Counted from the first letter of the stretch, positions 11,161 to 25,067 are shown. The stretch: DNA of 64,000 nt from Hormiphora californensis (GCA_020137815.1 CM035352.1:8928001-8992000); one strand, 5' to 3'. A program made the numbers and translations. Notes: a model not told the origin generated them from the letters alone.

Positions 11161-11528
11161 CACAAAGTTAGGGTATTTATTCGTAAATCGATTCAAGTGT
11201 TTTACATTTGTATTAATTAACCTCATGTATTAATTGCGATTTCCAAAACCTAAAAAAGTACTAGGTAACTCTAGTTGAGACTTGACTACCACACCAGCAT
11301 TTCACTCGAACTAATCAACTTACATTTTCTTTTCTCATTGTAACTTCTCAACCTCACAGGTTGATTGGCTGACTTGGTTGCAATTAGGACATCGGAAAAA
11401 TGTCTTCTTCAAAGTTACTGTACATTAACACGGGAAGTTATGATAGTGATACAGGGTGACCCAGAAACATGAAGCCACTCGCAGATAAGATTTGAAAAAA
11501 CCCCAGGGGACAATTCTTCTAGTCAAGA

Positions 11529-11529
<1 letters not shown>

Positions 11530-11620
<91 letters not shown>

Positions 11621-11628
11621 CTCGCTCT
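11530..11628. repeat. (CT)n microsatellite
   Basis: ~88 bp of pure CT, then CGCTCT units. Confidence 0.97.
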
Positions 11629-12199
11629 GATCTGATCTATTTGTGACGTTTGTAATTTCGTTATTTGTACTGTTTTATTTTCGAGGACTGAGATATCTCG
11701 TAGTGAATTTGTAACTTGATCATGATGCACCATCCAGGTATGCATGGAGATGGCGGTGGTTCATTTGGCCGGTTTTGTAGCCGATGGGCGCTAGTTTCAA
11801 TAATTGTTCATGTATAGATGACAGGATCGCGGGTGTCACCAAGTGGAATGAGACCAACATGTGTCAACTCGTTGCAAAACTCGCGCGCGCGAAATCCAAG
11901 GATGGTCTCTTTATGAAAAGTGCGCGCGCTCACATTGTTAGCATTTATTACGCAAAGGTTCAAAATCTGTCGAAAATTATCGCAAATTCCCGCTTTTCAT
12001 CTCATCCTTTCGCAAACTTCCGCAGGCTCCGCGCTAATTCCATGACACACTTCTCTCTTACTTCCGGGCATTTTGTCACTCTAGAACATGTTATCTAAAC
12101 ATCCTAGGGGGCTCTTTTTCGAAATTTTATCGTCTTCTAAAAAGAGAACCCTAGGGAGGGTCGAACAAGGCAAAGCTATTGAATCAAAGGAGAATTTCC

Positions 12200-12349
12200 A
12201 GTTCAACACACTAATATCTCAAAGTATTTAGGTGCCGGCAGGCACCTCCGACCCGAAGAAAACAGAAAAAACGAAGAAAAAAAATTTTTGCCCCTGCACC
12301 AAATCCAAAAAGTGACGGCCCTATATAGCAGAAGAATAGAAGATTTTCT

Positions 12350-12382
<33 letters not shown>

Positions 12383-13450
12383 AATTTCAGGCAGCGATTG
12401 CGGCCACATCGTTTGAGATATCGACCTGAAATTTTGTAGGCATGTTCTAGTAGTATAACTACGTGTCATAACGTGGCCGGATTTTTGATTTTTTAATTAA
12501 TTAATTAATTATAAGCTATCAAAATTTGCCCCTGCACATTGCCCCTGCACATTTCGATTTTTTGCCCCTGCACGCGTGCCCCTGCACACGGTTTATCTTC
12601 CGTTCTGCTTGAAATATCGACCTGAAACTTTGTAGGAATGTTCTTCAATCATAAAAAATGATATTCGAAAAGTGGGAGTATTGAAAATTAATTAATTAAT
12701 TAGTTATAGGCATGCAAAAATTGACTTTTTTAGGGCCCCCTGCACTTTTTTTGAAAATGTGCAGGGGCAAATACCCCTGCACATTTTTTGCAATTTTGAT
12801 ATTCAAACTGTGGCCAAACTGTTTGTTTTTTCGAAATGAAACTTTGTATGCATGTTCTAGTAGTATAACTACGAGTCATAAAAAGGCTGGATTTCTTATT
12901 TTTAATTTAACTAATTAATTATAAGTAATTAAAATTTTGCCCCTGAACCATCTTTCCCCTGCACCGCTGATTTCGACCCCCTGCACATTTCCTGAACAAG
13001 GCAACTAAAAATGGTATATTTTCTGTTCTGCTATAAATAACGACCTAAAATTTTGTAGTAATGTAGTTCATGCATATAGAAAGATCGACAAAAAGTGGGA
13101 ATAGTCAAAATTAATTATCCAATTAATTATAAGTAATTAAAATTTTGCCCCTGCACATTTTGCCCCTGCACATTTGCGGCAAATGTTGCCCCTGCACATT
13201 TTTGGTAAATTTGATATTCGAACTGTGGCCACACCGTTTGATATTTCGAAAAATGACTTTGCATGCATGTTCTAGTGGTATAACTACGAGTCATGAAAGA
13301 GCCGGATTTCTGATTTTTTAATTGATTAATTAATTATAAGTAATTAAAACTTTTGCCCCTGTACAATTTTGTTTGCCCCTGCACAGTTTTGGCAAATTTG
13401 ATATTCAAACTTTGAGCCTTTGTGAAAGTAATGAAAATTATTTATTTCAG
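12200..13450. mobile_element. Non-autonomous DNA transposon remnants with GCCCCTGCAC subterminal repeats and a poly-G run
   Basis: Many GCCCCTGCAC and AATTAATTATAAG motifs; terminus-like AAAAAGTGACGGCCC at ~12308-12321 resembles the TIR of 51445-52695; G-run ~12350-12380. Confidence 0.6.
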
Positions 13451-14123
13451 GTTATGATGAACAATAAGCTATAAAAATGCCCCTTTTTGTTACACAAGCC
13501 TGTGCTTGGTATCGAGGACACCTCACACTCTGTCGCCGGGCGACCTTCGCGTGCGCTGGCAAGGGGTAACTTCGTAACCAAAGCCTGTGCATTGTGCACA
13601 ATGAAATGGATAAATTTCATCCAGTGGCTGGCGGTAGAACTTGAAAGAGTTCGATTGATTTACCATGACAACGGATTTGGTTACCATAGCAACCAGGGAA
13701 TTTGCCGTAAAATAGCCCTTTCTTGCTATAAACTCCACCTTTAGTTCAAATTTGAGCACCTCTAAAACAAAAAAGAGCATTAACTTAATTAATTATTTAT
13801 TAACGTGGTGAGATAGGAAATTGATTTTGGGAATCCCAAATTGGGATTAGATCATTTGAGAAGTAGTGAAGATTTGAAATATGTTAGCAACTTGCCGGTT
13901 CGACAAACTAAACCCATATGATTCCAACTTCGGGTCGGACGAGGGGAAGCTTGCCTTTTGCGAACATATCATAATCATGTCATACTTGTTGTATGGTCAC
14001 TGGTCAGTGACATGTGTGGGTGTGCGTTTGTGGAGGAAGATAGTCAAAACAAAATTAAACCGAGAAAACGTGTCAACCATATTTAAATTCAATTCGAACT
14101 CCACCATTCGAATGCATTCCTTA

Positions 14124-14578
14124 GGCGGGAGACACACTGAAGTTGGGCGCGCTCGTTCAAATCTCAACCTCGCGACACACACTGAAGTTCGAAGTTCGAA
14201 GTTTCGCGAAACCCCATTTTCGGCTGAGAAATCATTTGTAAGATGCTAACTTATTTACTGGTACATCTCTCGAGGTGTCCTTTATCCATACTGAGTCAAT
14301 TTCACCGTTTTTGAAATTTTTGGCTAATCCGATCACAATTGTCAATTGTCCCAATTCACCAAAAATTTCAAAAACAGTGAAATTGACCCGGTATTGATAA
14401 AAGACACCTCGAGAGATGTACCAGTAAATAAACTAGCATCTTACAAATAATTTATCAGCCGAAAATGGGTTTTCGCGAAACTTTGAATTTTTCCGCGAAA
14501 CTTCGAACTTCGAACTTCAGTGTGTGTCGCGAGGTTGAGAGTTGAACGCGCGCGACCAACTTCAGTGTGTCTCCCCCC
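14124..14578. mobile_element. PIF/Harbinger (Tourist-like) palindromic MITE
   Basis: TIR GGCGGGAGACACACTGAAGTTG / CAACTTCAGTGTGTCTCCCCCC extending ~200 bp; TTA TSD at 14121-14123 and 14579-14581. Confidence 0.85.
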
Positions 14579-14705
14579 TTACACCTTGTGCAATGTGCCC
14601 ACCCTGTGCTTACACCCTACAACTGTGCGGAGCACCAACCACCAATGTTGGCTCCATTGCAACCTATTCTCAGTCACGCACGACGTCGATCTCACTCAGG
14701 TATCA

Positions 14706-15286
14706 ATGTGGCCAACCACCGATGGACCTCGTGGAGCGAGGAAAAGAGGGATCTACGGAAGGCGTGGAGGACTGAAGGCAGACGACGAATGGAGGGGCCG
14801 ATCCGGGATCCCTAAACCGGAGTTCATGGGGAAAGAAAATTCTTTCTGTAGTGCGATGCAGATAGCAGATTGTTCCACCTTTCCAAGATTTGTGGTGGAG
14901 TCACTGCAAAATTCAATTCGGGAGGCGTATGAGGAGTTGATCGAGAGGATTTTGAACGTGGACCTAGAGGCGCAGTGGCTATTGCGATTTATGGAATCAA
15001 ACTTGAACTGGCGTTGCAGTTTTCGGCCGTGGACTTGACCATGGTGAGGGCTAACAGAAAAAGCCAGATAGAAACCAAAGGGGCGGTGAGAAGATTGATG
15101 GTATCTTGCAGGAAGGAGCGCGGGTTGGTGATGCCATCACCTCTCTACTGTGGGCTGCCTCTCAATCAGCTACTGGTTGATGAGGGCCAAATCACACCTG
15201 ATGGATTTCCAGCACTCGAAAGGCTGCAAGGGATGAAATTGCAACCAGAGTTGAAGACCACCAAGAGGATAAGGAGAGCAGCATAA
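14706..15286 (+). pseudogene. Unknown coding module(s), frameshifted
   Basis: ATG 6 nt after CTCACTCAG|; ORFs 14706-15038 and 14975-15286; RANRKSQI has a synonymous-diverged paralog RPNRKSQI at ~28705. Confidence 0.4.
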
Positions 15287-16057
15287 ATGAAATCAACACT
15301 ACCATCAGGGACAATCGGGAGATAGAAAACTGAACTTAATTGGGGAAGTTCTTATCAGGAATGGTGGAAAAAAGGCATCGTGTACATATTATCACAACTT
15401 GTTTAACATATCAAAGATCGAAGGCAAGGCTTCCATCCAAACAGTTCACAATGAAAAAGCTTCTTAGGACAGACGGTAATAATAATGATTTTGAGATGTT
15501 TTAAACTAAATTTCAGCATTTTAACATTCGAAGAGTCAGGTGGCCAAAAAAGAGAGAGGTAGCGAGGAATCGTTTGAACAGCCTTCGTGACGGATTAAAT
15601 CTTGTACGCTTAAGAAATTTCTGAGCAGGGGTATAGAGATAGTAGTGAGGGAGGCTGCGTACAAATCGGCAGACAGAGAGTTATTCGCCCAGTTCAGATG
15701 GAGTAGTAGTGCGGCCACCCCATATGAGAAGAAGAATAAGTTACAAGATGTGATCAAATACAGGAGTATGATGCCGAGAAGGAATCTCACCGACCTGGAG
15801 CGGCAACGCGACGGTGATGACAGCCACCCCACGGCACGAGCAGTTCTAGAGGACTTGTGCAAACTTGTGCAGCGTCAATTGGACAATCTATTCTGGATTA
15901 TGAATTTGGACGCTGACAATTGTTAGTATGTTACACGGACTTATTTATTTATTTTGTGAAACAGTCGTTATAGCAGTTCTATTATAACTATCATGGATTA
16001 CCACATCATGGTGATCACTAGTATTCGTAGTAAAGTAACTGCAGCCCTTGTAGGAAC

Positions 16058-16290
16058 ATGTTTCCTATATTAAGTCGACCTGGACCGCTCCTTCTTCCAC
16101 TGTTATCTTTGCCATGCCCCTACGACTGTGGCTATTGGTACATGGAACAGAATCGGGAGGCGCACAAGAAGGTGTTCCCAAACCGGCCAAGAGAGTGCTC
16201 AATGTGCGAAGAAGAGGTAGGACAATTCACCTCGAAGCAGTGCGTCATTGTGCCTCGGAGGCGGCATCCATCGACATTGGAACGGGAGAG
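16058..16290 (+). pseudogene. SINA/Siah-type zinc-finger fragment
   Basis: LSLPCPYDCGY...REAHKKVFPNRPRECSMC resembles the Siah FPCKY..GC....H...C..RP..C segment. Confidence 0.6.
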
Positions 16291-16630
16291 GCATATGTCA
16301 TGTTGGGAATTGCCCCGGTAGTGTTATGTCACTTAGGGGTAGAGAGGAGGAGGAGGCATATGTCATGTTGGGAATAGTGTTATGTCACCTGGGTAGAGAG
16401 GAGGAGGAGGCATATGTCATGTTGGGAATAGTGTTATGTCACCTGGGTAGAGAGGAGGAGGAGGCATATGTCATGTTGGGAATCGCCCCGGTAGTGTTAT
16501 GTCACCTGGGTAGAGAGGAGGAGGAGGCATATGTCATGTTGGGAATAGTGTTATGTCACCTGGGTAGAGAGGAGGAGGAGGCATATGTCATGTTGGGAAT
16601 AGTGTTATGTCACCTGGGTAGAGAGGAGGA
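16288..16630 (+). repeat. 54/63-bp tandem repeat, 6 copies
   Basis: GAGGCATATGTCATGTTGGGAAT[CGCCCCGGT]AGTGTTATGTCACCTGGGTAGAGAGGAG; single copy in the paralog at ~22757-22820. Confidence 0.9.
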
Positions 16631-18957
16631 GAGGCAGGCAGGCTGTCCACCCAGGTTTTGGGGGATTATCCGGCAACCATGGCGGTGGGAGCGTCTGGAA
16701 GCATCGGAGGAAGAGTTGCCCACACTCAGAGGGGTTCATTCGGCGATCGAGTCGAGGTGGATATCTCTACGGGACCCTGGATCTTGTGCCGACTGAGAAC
16801 TCTCTCGAGGTTCCCGTGTCCTCCCCTGTTGTGTCCGTTGTAGTATTATATTGTATATTATAAACTTTGTATAACTTTTATATTTTTTATATAATTTTTT
16901 TAAATTCCCTGTAGCTTCATTTCCCCTTCTTAATATAACTTGAGTGACTCCTCTGTGAAAACCTGGAAACTAACCCACCCTCATTTTCCCTCTAGCTGAC
17001 ATGACCACTACTCGAGTATTACCACGACACTGAGGTTCTCACCAAAGAAGAGCTCGGCCTTGCCCTATTACCCGACAAGCTGCTGGTTACATCGGATGAC
17101 ACCCTTCTCCAATCTGTGTTTATGAGCCTAAAGATCCCTGCACTACCTGTTAGCCCATGTAAATTGCCCTGTACACCGGAAATTGATCTGTTTAACAAGG
17201 GTTTATTTTCCTTTTCTTTCTACTGGGATTGGCAGTGAACCCGTTTCCCTAGAGCCAGAGTCACCACACGCACATTTCTCAAAATATTCACTGTTTCTCT
17301 CACCCTCGGCATCGCTTATGTATGTGATCATACTTTCATCATCGCGTAATTTATCAATTTAATCTATCGTTTGATTATATTTACTAAGTTTATATTATAT
17401 TATTCCCTCATAGTTTGTTGTTAAAGGAGGGACATGACTACCATTATAATTGCACGATACCAGAGAATCAAAGCAGAAGCGGACACCCAGATTATTATCA
17501 TCAACAGATATTGTGGAGGATCTGAACCTATCCTACTCGACACAAGAACCGTACTGAGAGAAGTCCTTGGCGGACCTGCAGGAGAGGGGAGATAATATCT
17601 CTACAATAGAAGAGGTCGAAGCCCTTATTAACAAAATATGGAAGCTAGGGTATCAAGAACGATTCCCAAACAGCGAGCAATACCAAGCCCAGGATAATCT
17701 AGCCCAGGCGAACCGAAGTGGACTCGAGGACGCGGAGGCAGTGGGAGAGGGAGAACCAGCTGCTCAACGGACACTTAAATAATTTTTAGTTTTTTAGACT
17801 TTTATTTATATATGAATTAATTTTATACCTTTTTTAATCTTAATTCTTTTAACAAACCTTATCAGCTGTGCTTTAAATGTCGGCTATTATTCATACAAAG
17901 AAGGTGAAACGCAAGACCATCGATACCACACTGACACCGCCACCATGAACAATAATGAACAATAAATCTGTAACTGGGCCCTAAGTGGTGTGTTTAATTG
18001 TATCCGGATACCAGAGAATCAAAGCAGAAGCGGACACCCAGATTATTACTATTATTATCATCAACAGATATTGTGGAGGATCTGAACCTATCCTACTCGA
18101 CAGGACACCCGGAGAGCAGAAGTTCAAATTGGAACCTCCTATATATCCTACTCGACAGAACACCCGGAGTGCGATGGAACTTGCGTTAGTTGGAGGAGGA
18201 TAAAAGCCGTTTGAAATCCCAGCGTGAACTCATACTAATATTTTCCCTGAACATAACGATTCCCACTCCTAGGCGAAGTTTACCCAGATAAGAGACAGTT
18301 TGACCTCTAGTACTGCCCATTCTTTACAATTATTGAATAGAAAGTGCTGAAGGAATTGATTTAAAAGAGATCTAGATAGTTATGGCAACATTCTTCTGTG
18401 AACCATTGGAGTTAAATATTTTCTTACAGTCGGCGTGAGATACAAAGGGATGTATTCATTAACCCACCCCGGGAGTTCAGGAAACCTGGGTACGTCTGGA
18501 AGTTAAAGAAACCGATCTATGGTTTGGAGGATGCATCCTGGAGCTGATATTTTACGATCTCTAATGCTCTACAGGAGGTTTGTGGGGTTTCCCGCATCGA
18601 TAAGACGACGTTTTACGGGAGAAATTTTGTGCTTTTATCCCCCCTTTTTATCTTAGTACCCCAGAACCAGCAGTAGTACGAATTGAAACAACTGTATATG
18701 TTGAAGTCAGCGGTGGTGCTGTCAGAAGAAATTTATATGTAGGGATTTGTGTTTAGGGATTTGTGTTAATTTAGTAATTTTAATCTTCTATGAGCTACTT
18801 TTGTACCCAAGGTTGGAGATGAATAAAAGGATTAAAGGTAATTATGCTTTAACAATATCCTAACCATTTGTTAAAAAATCTTGAGCCACGTTGGAGATAG
18901 CTTTGACAATATACTAAAGATTTGTTAGAAATATTTTACCGCATGGGTGCTGTGACC

Positions 18958-18970
18958 CTATATAAATAAT
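18958..18970 (+). promoter_or_regulatory. Candidate TATA box, duplicated at ~27219
   Basis: CCTATA(TA)AATAATGG in a ~160-bp non-coding block conserved between 18830-18990 and 27090-27250, with upstream repeated GCTTT(A/G)ACAAT motifs. Confidence 0.35.
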
Positions 18971-21099
18971 GGACTGAACGAGAAGAACTTGGAACTCTGA
19001 TTCTACTGAGTATTCAAGTAATTCAAAGGAAAAGAGAGAAGATATCAAACAATTGGGTAATCCTTATACGACCTATTTTTTATAGGAACCCCCGGCGATG
19101 CGGTACTTGTCACCTACGTACCAACAGGATCCTAGCGATGAATATGATCCGGCATTTCCGACTTACCAAGATACCCCACCCTCCCTTTATACCTATGTGA
19201 GAAGAAGGAAACGATCTCAAAGCCCGATTTATCAAGTCAAGAGGAGATCACAAACGAGTATTATTCTTTTAAATGTTTTAAATAACTTTTTATTTTTTAA
19301 TCAAAATCTCCAGTGTCAACTCTAAAACGTGTCATGTCTTATATACTGTCGCTGTCTGCCGTCTTTGCCTTCGGACCGACATCACCAAGAGAGGACTGAA
19401 GAAGGGACTGGAGGACTGAAGTCAACCTAGAAGGCATGGTGTTATCAAAGGGCTAGGACCGACCGGTCCTAAGATATCTCATAATGGGGCGATTTAAGTA
19501 CGTCACGGCAATGTGTGACTGGTTGCTTAAAAAGCAGATCGCAACATGTTCTACTTCCCAGGGCGACAAAAAAGCCTTGTTATCATTTGTATGGCGAGCG
19601 GCATATCCACTATACCATCTCAACATGAACTCCTAAGACCTAAGACGTTATATTGTTGTTGAAGGAGTAGAGGGACCAACATGACTACCGTTATTGCACG
19701 ATAACAGAGAATCAAAGCAGAAGCGGGCACCCAGATTATTATTATCAACAGATATTGTGGAGGATCTGAACCTCTGAAAATTTCAGTGAAACTTTTTTTA
19801 TGGCCTCACATGGTCAGGCTGTTGCGGAAGCATAAGAGAGATGGGCCAGACATCACGACCCCGTGGCGGCTGAGCAGACCCTGGAGGAGGAGATTAGGGT
19901 AAAGACGGAGATTCTGGCATTGCTCCGGCCGAGAATGTGATCCCAGATTAATTTGAGGTCTATGACCTCAGATTAAAATACTTCCCTAGCCATGGCGTCT
20001 AGGTAGGGAAAAGTACATGGCATATTCCTGTATTACTTCACCTCGATGGATCGCCTATTCCTTATCAGCGTATATCTGAGCTGGCAGTAGCCCAACTTGA
20101 CCGAATAGTACTACATTTATCTGACGAGATCAAATCGAGGAAAGCCGTGTAGAAACTTGTCGTGGATTGTCTTGCGAGGTTTGATGCTACTGATGACGCA
20201 GGAGAACGTGTAAACTAGTTTCACCGCTTCACCGACCTTCACCGACCTTCACCGACCTTCAGATGCCACCTGCGCTGAGAAATTTTGGAGGATCTCGACC
20301 TGTCCTACTCGACATTGAACACCTGGAGAGCGGTGGATCACTACTAGCAAAGCCCTGAATTTCGTCGATATTCCGTTCCGACTCCTTATCGAGTTGCGAT
20401 GAAGGCGTAATTATTAAAAAAGGTATTCCCCTGCCGGCAGCTGTCAGTTCTCCTCCATCCAGAAAAGGAGCCTATTGGTCCCTTGGACGAGACTAAGTGG
20501 ACAACAAGAAAGAGGCGTCATCACATGTAAAACAATGAGTGATAGGCCAGTCATATGATACATGAAAGAAAAAAATAATTAATCTAAATGTGATTCCACT
20601 TCAATAAGTCCCTGCAGAACCACCAAAGAAATTTCACACTTGTTTCTTCTCTGACAGGTCTAATTAGTTTTAGAAGAAGATATCTTAGAGAGAGTGAGAA
20701 CAGCCCCTCTGACCATTCTGCTATTATCCATTAACCAGCAACCTGTCATCGGCCAGGGACATTAAGTCGACCTGGACCGCTCCTTCTTCCACTAGTGCGT
20801 TAGCTGAGTCACGTGACTCTGCCCTGGGAAAGGGGAGTTGAGAGAGAGAGGAGAGAAGGTTCTGCATCTCCATCGAAACATAATAGCTATAAGTTGTTTC
20901 GACTGTAGTGTTTGGTGCGATTCTGCAACTAATAGAGTAAAGTAATTACGAATAGTATAGTGATTTAGAGATTTTGCCGGCACCCTAATATTTACTTGGA
21001 CACGTTCACCCCTCAGAGGGCCCCTAGCTCCCCGTGTCCCCTAATAATTGTTTATGAGAAGTTCGATATTACGTAGTTTTATAGAGTTGTATATTCTAA

Positions 21100-22690
21100 T
21101 GGATCTTGAGAGAGCACCAGTCTGCCACGAGGTGATCATTACAAACATCATCGCAGCTGTGAGCACGGTCACATTGTCTGTACGGAATGCAAAGAATTGG
21201 GGAGTTTGTCCTCTCTGTCGGGCTTCTTTAGTTCCGGGGATTAAGGGTACACCTGGCGTTTTTCATCATCGAGTGCCCAACCAAATGACTTCACCAGGGT
21301 TTAGGCCATACAAAATGGACCTCAAATATGCAATTTTAACCCTAAAGTCGAATTCATATTTTTGCTACAGCCTATTTTCAAAGTGGCGTTTTTTCAATTT
21401 TTGTTGAAATTTTTAACCTCAGGACCACTTTTTTTGAGATAGAAACATTAAATTCTTGGAATTTGAAGAGAATATAAAGGTGAATAAGCCCAAAGAAGGA
21501 TTTTTGAAATGGAGCTTATTTCTGGCCATGAGAACGGTTTACTTTTTTGCTTCTTTGACACGCTGGCTGAGAATGTTCCCATGCTTCATTAGAGATGAAA
21601 ATCTGGAAATAGTTGCTCAAAACGATTATCTATGTGGCCCAAAAATTTTGGAACTTTCCCGCCAAAGATGTGGTGTACAGAGCTTTTTTTGTGAAACCTG
21701 TCTTTTTGAAAAAGAGGGAAATTCCCTGTATCTCAAAAACGGATGATCATAGAGACCTGGGACCAAGCTTAATCGATTCAGAAGGTCCGATTTTGGGGGG
21801 GTCTTCTGAGAGACATTTTGCTCCTACTCCAACCGATTTTGCTGTAATTGCAAAAAACTAATTCTATGAAAAGGGGAAACAACTCTATTCCAGTAGCCTG
21901 CTTCGGGCTGATTTCCCCCTTACTTGCTGATACCTTTTTCGCAATTACAGCAAAAACGGTTGGAGTAGGAGCAAAATGTCTCTCAGAAGACCCCCCCAAA
22001 ATCGGACCTTCTGAATCGATTAAGCTTGGTCCCAGGTCTCTACGATCATCCGTTTTTGAGATACAGGGAATTTCCCTCTTTTTCAAAAAGACAGGTTTCA
22101 CAAAACAAGCCCTGTACACCACATCTTTGGCGGGAAAGTTCCAAAATTTTTGGGCCACATAGATAATCGTTTTGAGCAACTATTTCCAGATTTTCATCTC
22201 TAATGAAGCATGGGAACATTCTCAGCCAGCGTGTCAAAGAAGCAAAAAAGTAAACCGTTCTCATGGCCAGAAATAAGCTCCATTTCAAAAATCCTTCTTT
22301 GGGCTTATTCACCTTTATATTCTCTTCAAATTCCAAGAATTTAATGTTTCTATCTCAAAAAAAGTGGTCCTGAGGTTAAAAACTTCAACAAAAATTGAAA
22401 AAACGCCACTTTGAAAATAGGCTGTAGCAAAAATATGAATTCGACTTTAGGGCTAAAATTGCATATTTGAGGTCCATTTTGTATGGCCTAAACCCTGGTG
22501 AAGTCATTTGGTTGGGCACTCGATGATGAAAAACGCCAGGTGTACCCTTAAGCACCGTACGCTGGTCGCTGGAGGCCATGGCGGCTATGTTGTCTTTGCC
22601 ATGCCTGTGGCTATTGGTACATGGAACAGAATCGTGAGGCGCACAAGAGGGTGTCCCCAAACCGGCCAAGAGAGTGCACTGACAATACAC
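21100..22690 (+). pseudogene. SINA/Siah-like RING E3 ligase pseudogene split by a Kolobok-type element
   Basis: After removing 21245-22551 and allowing frameshifts: PVCHEV..SCEHGHIVCTECKEL..VCPLCRASL...LEAMAAMLSLPC...REAHK..PNRPREC. Confidence 0.7.
21245..22547. mobile_element. 1.3-kb palindromic non-autonomous element, Kolobok-type
   Basis: ~610-bp near-perfect arms; termini GGGTACACCTGG...CCAGGTGTACCC (RR...YY); TTAA at 21241-21244 and 22548-22551. Confidence 0.9.
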
Positions 22691-23087
22691 CTCGGAGCGG
22701 TGCATCATTGTGCCTCGGAGGCTGTACCCATCGACATTGGAAGGAAGGAACGGGAGAGGCATATGTCATGTTGGGAATCGCCCCGGTAGTGTTATGTCAC
22801 CTGGGTAGAGAGGAGGAGGGGCAGGCAGGCTGTCCACCCAGGTTTTGGGGGATGATCCGGCAACTATGGCGGTGGAAGTGTCTGGAAGCATCGGAGGAAG
22901 AGTTGCCCACACTCAGAGGGGTTCATTCGGCGATCGAGTCGAGGTGGATATCTCTACGGGACCCTGGATCTTGTGCCGACTGAGAACTCTCGAGGTTCCC
23001 GTGTCCTCCCTTGTTGTGTCCGTTGTAGTATTATATTGTATACTATAACCTTTGTATAATTTTTATAATTTTTTTATATACCCCCGC

Positions 23088-23330
23088 GAGATAACACAGG
23101 GTGGAGTCAGCAGATCGACAGTCCAATCTACTACTGTCCTGCGTGAGCTCCAAGTGGATTCTGTAGGACACTGTTTGGGTGAATGCCTGATGCAAAAGCG
23201 GTGTCACCAGATCTCATACAATTTCGAATCTGGTGATTGTCACCTGGAGACCGGACTGAGTTATGGAGCAGGCAACGTGCATGGGGACATCCTGATCAAC
23301 CAGTACTCGGTCGACTGTCTTTCCTGTTAG
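23088..23330 (+). CDS. Isolated PAN/apple-like domain module
   Basis: VDSVGHCLGECLMQKRCHQISYNFESGDCHL fits the PAN pattern S..C...C.....C....Y......C.L; no clear start. Confidence 0.6.
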   Translation, partial: EITQGGVSRSTVQSTTVLRELQVDSVGHCLGECLMQKRCHQISYNFESGDCHLETGLSYGAGNVHGDILINQYSVDCLSC

Positions 23331-23656
23331 AATTCATGGGCATGGACCGTGAAGTAGCTTGCGGATCGGGCAGAAACGACTTACATAGCAGACTAATGCG
23401 GGAGTTACAGTTAGTGAGGAGGAAAATCCGGGGAATGATCTTGACTGTTTCCACGACCTGAAACAATCCTATGATTTGGGCCCCTCCGACGAATCGAGGG
23501 CTCGGGAGAAGAGAGGATGGGAGATGTTAGACGTCCTGGAACATATTCCCATAGCGGGGCATTTTTACCAAATACTAAAGAGCCCATCGGAGATATATAG
23601 GCCGGTACAAATTGATATATTATATTTAAATATTTATACTATTATGTTAATTATTA

Positions 23657-25067
23657 CCGTAAGTTGGGGTAACTTTGTACCACTTTTTAGCATTCTCCTA
23701 AAATAACTCCTTGCCAGAACCACACTCGAAAATTTTTGAACCAAATAATCCCGTTCCAGACCTAGTACACCAGATATAACTAGTGAAATTTTTGGTCCCC
23801 TTTCATTTAATTACATTAATTAACGTGTATTTTAGTGTAAGTGGGGTTTTAGGGCATGGGGTAACTTTGGAATGAGGGTGGGGTAACTTTGGACACCCGT
23901 CCAAAGTTACCCCACGATAGTAATATTGGAACAAACATAAATCCGAACATTTTGTAATGATACATAAATGAACCTAAAATGTTTAAATGGAGTTTAAATG
24001 GGTCAATAAATTAAAAAAAGAACAATAGGGTAAGCCAAACGCCCCATGATTTAAAAAAATGGTTGATCTCGACTCAACTTTTTTGGGTGTGAGGAATAAT
24101 GAAACTAACCACCAAATAAAATTTCAGCTCAATCGGACTTGATTTAGAGGTTGCCACATCCGGCCTGAAACCCATCAAACTTCAATAATTTGGGGTCCCT
24201 CATTCACCCTGTAGTTTGGTAGATGGTATTGAACCTCTAGGCGAGTGTGTTAGTTCTTTTTGCTGAATTGGATAGACAGGAAGTGGTCTACTTATGGGTA
24301 CTTGATAAATAAAGGAGTTTTGGTATCTCCATACTCCTGTATAGATTGTCTACAAGAACTAACACACTCGCCTAGAGAGCCAATACCATCTAACAAGCTA
24401 CAGGATGGATGAGGAACCCCAAATTATTGAAGTTTGATGGGTTTCAGGCCGGATTTCTGTGATTTAGCTCCATAAAATAGTCCAAATCCTAGTTGTTTTC
24501 ACTAACATATCGAATATATAGATGGAAATGGGCGTGGAGTGGGCTGAATCTTGGTTATATAGCCCTAAATAATTCAGTGAGGGTCTAAGGCAACTCTACA
24601 GACATCAAAAGTTCAAAACCTATAGTGTGGGGTAACTTTGGCACCCCGTCCAAAGTTACCCCAAAATTCAAAAAACGGTGGGGTAACATTAGCCACCCCT
24701 ATTAGTCTCAATTAAAGTAATAATTGATCGGGTTTGAAAAATGGTGCCCCGAATTATTTGATCGAAACCCTTCCACTCTATGGAGCAAACTTGATTCGGT
24801 CATTAGCCCGGTCAAATCTATGGTACCCATTTTGATTTGAACATTTTTAGCGATTTTGAGATCAATTATGTTTGCCCCTAATTAGGAGCCAATTAGCATA
24901 GAATTGAAAAAAATAATTGTACCGTTAGTTAGACATTTGTGGGTCAATTACTTGTACACCCAAAAATTATGCCAAATATGTCGTTATCTGTTGGTAATTT
25001 TGGACTAAAGCCAAATTTCGAAAGTGTCCAAAGTTACCCTGCAAAACAAAGTTACCCCAGATTACGG
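23657..25067. mobile_element. Non-autonomous pogo/Tc1-mariner element
   Basis: TIR CCGTAAGTTGGGGTAACTTTG / CAAAGTTACCCCAGATTACGG; TA TSD; GGGGTAACTTTG subterminal repeats; empty-site paralog TTATTA|TCTGGTATCGAACTAATTTTA at ~26495-26521; internal palindrome 24158-24454. Confidence 0.88.

Noticed and set aside
16288-16630. CRISPR-like or coding repeat (EEEEAYVMLG)
   Set aside because: Simple tandem expansion of a unit that is single-copy in the paralog at ~22757.
17424-17437. Shine-Dalgarno-like AAGGAGG before ATG (also ~25737), suggesting bacterial origin
   Set aside because: The spacing is too short, the paralog at ~19662 breaks the motif, and the surrounding modules have spliceosomal signals.
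21456-22336. Mirror-image ORF pairs (also 8769-8980 and 13997-14580)
   Set aside because: Consequence of inverted repeats in non-coding MITE arms; no transposase motifs.
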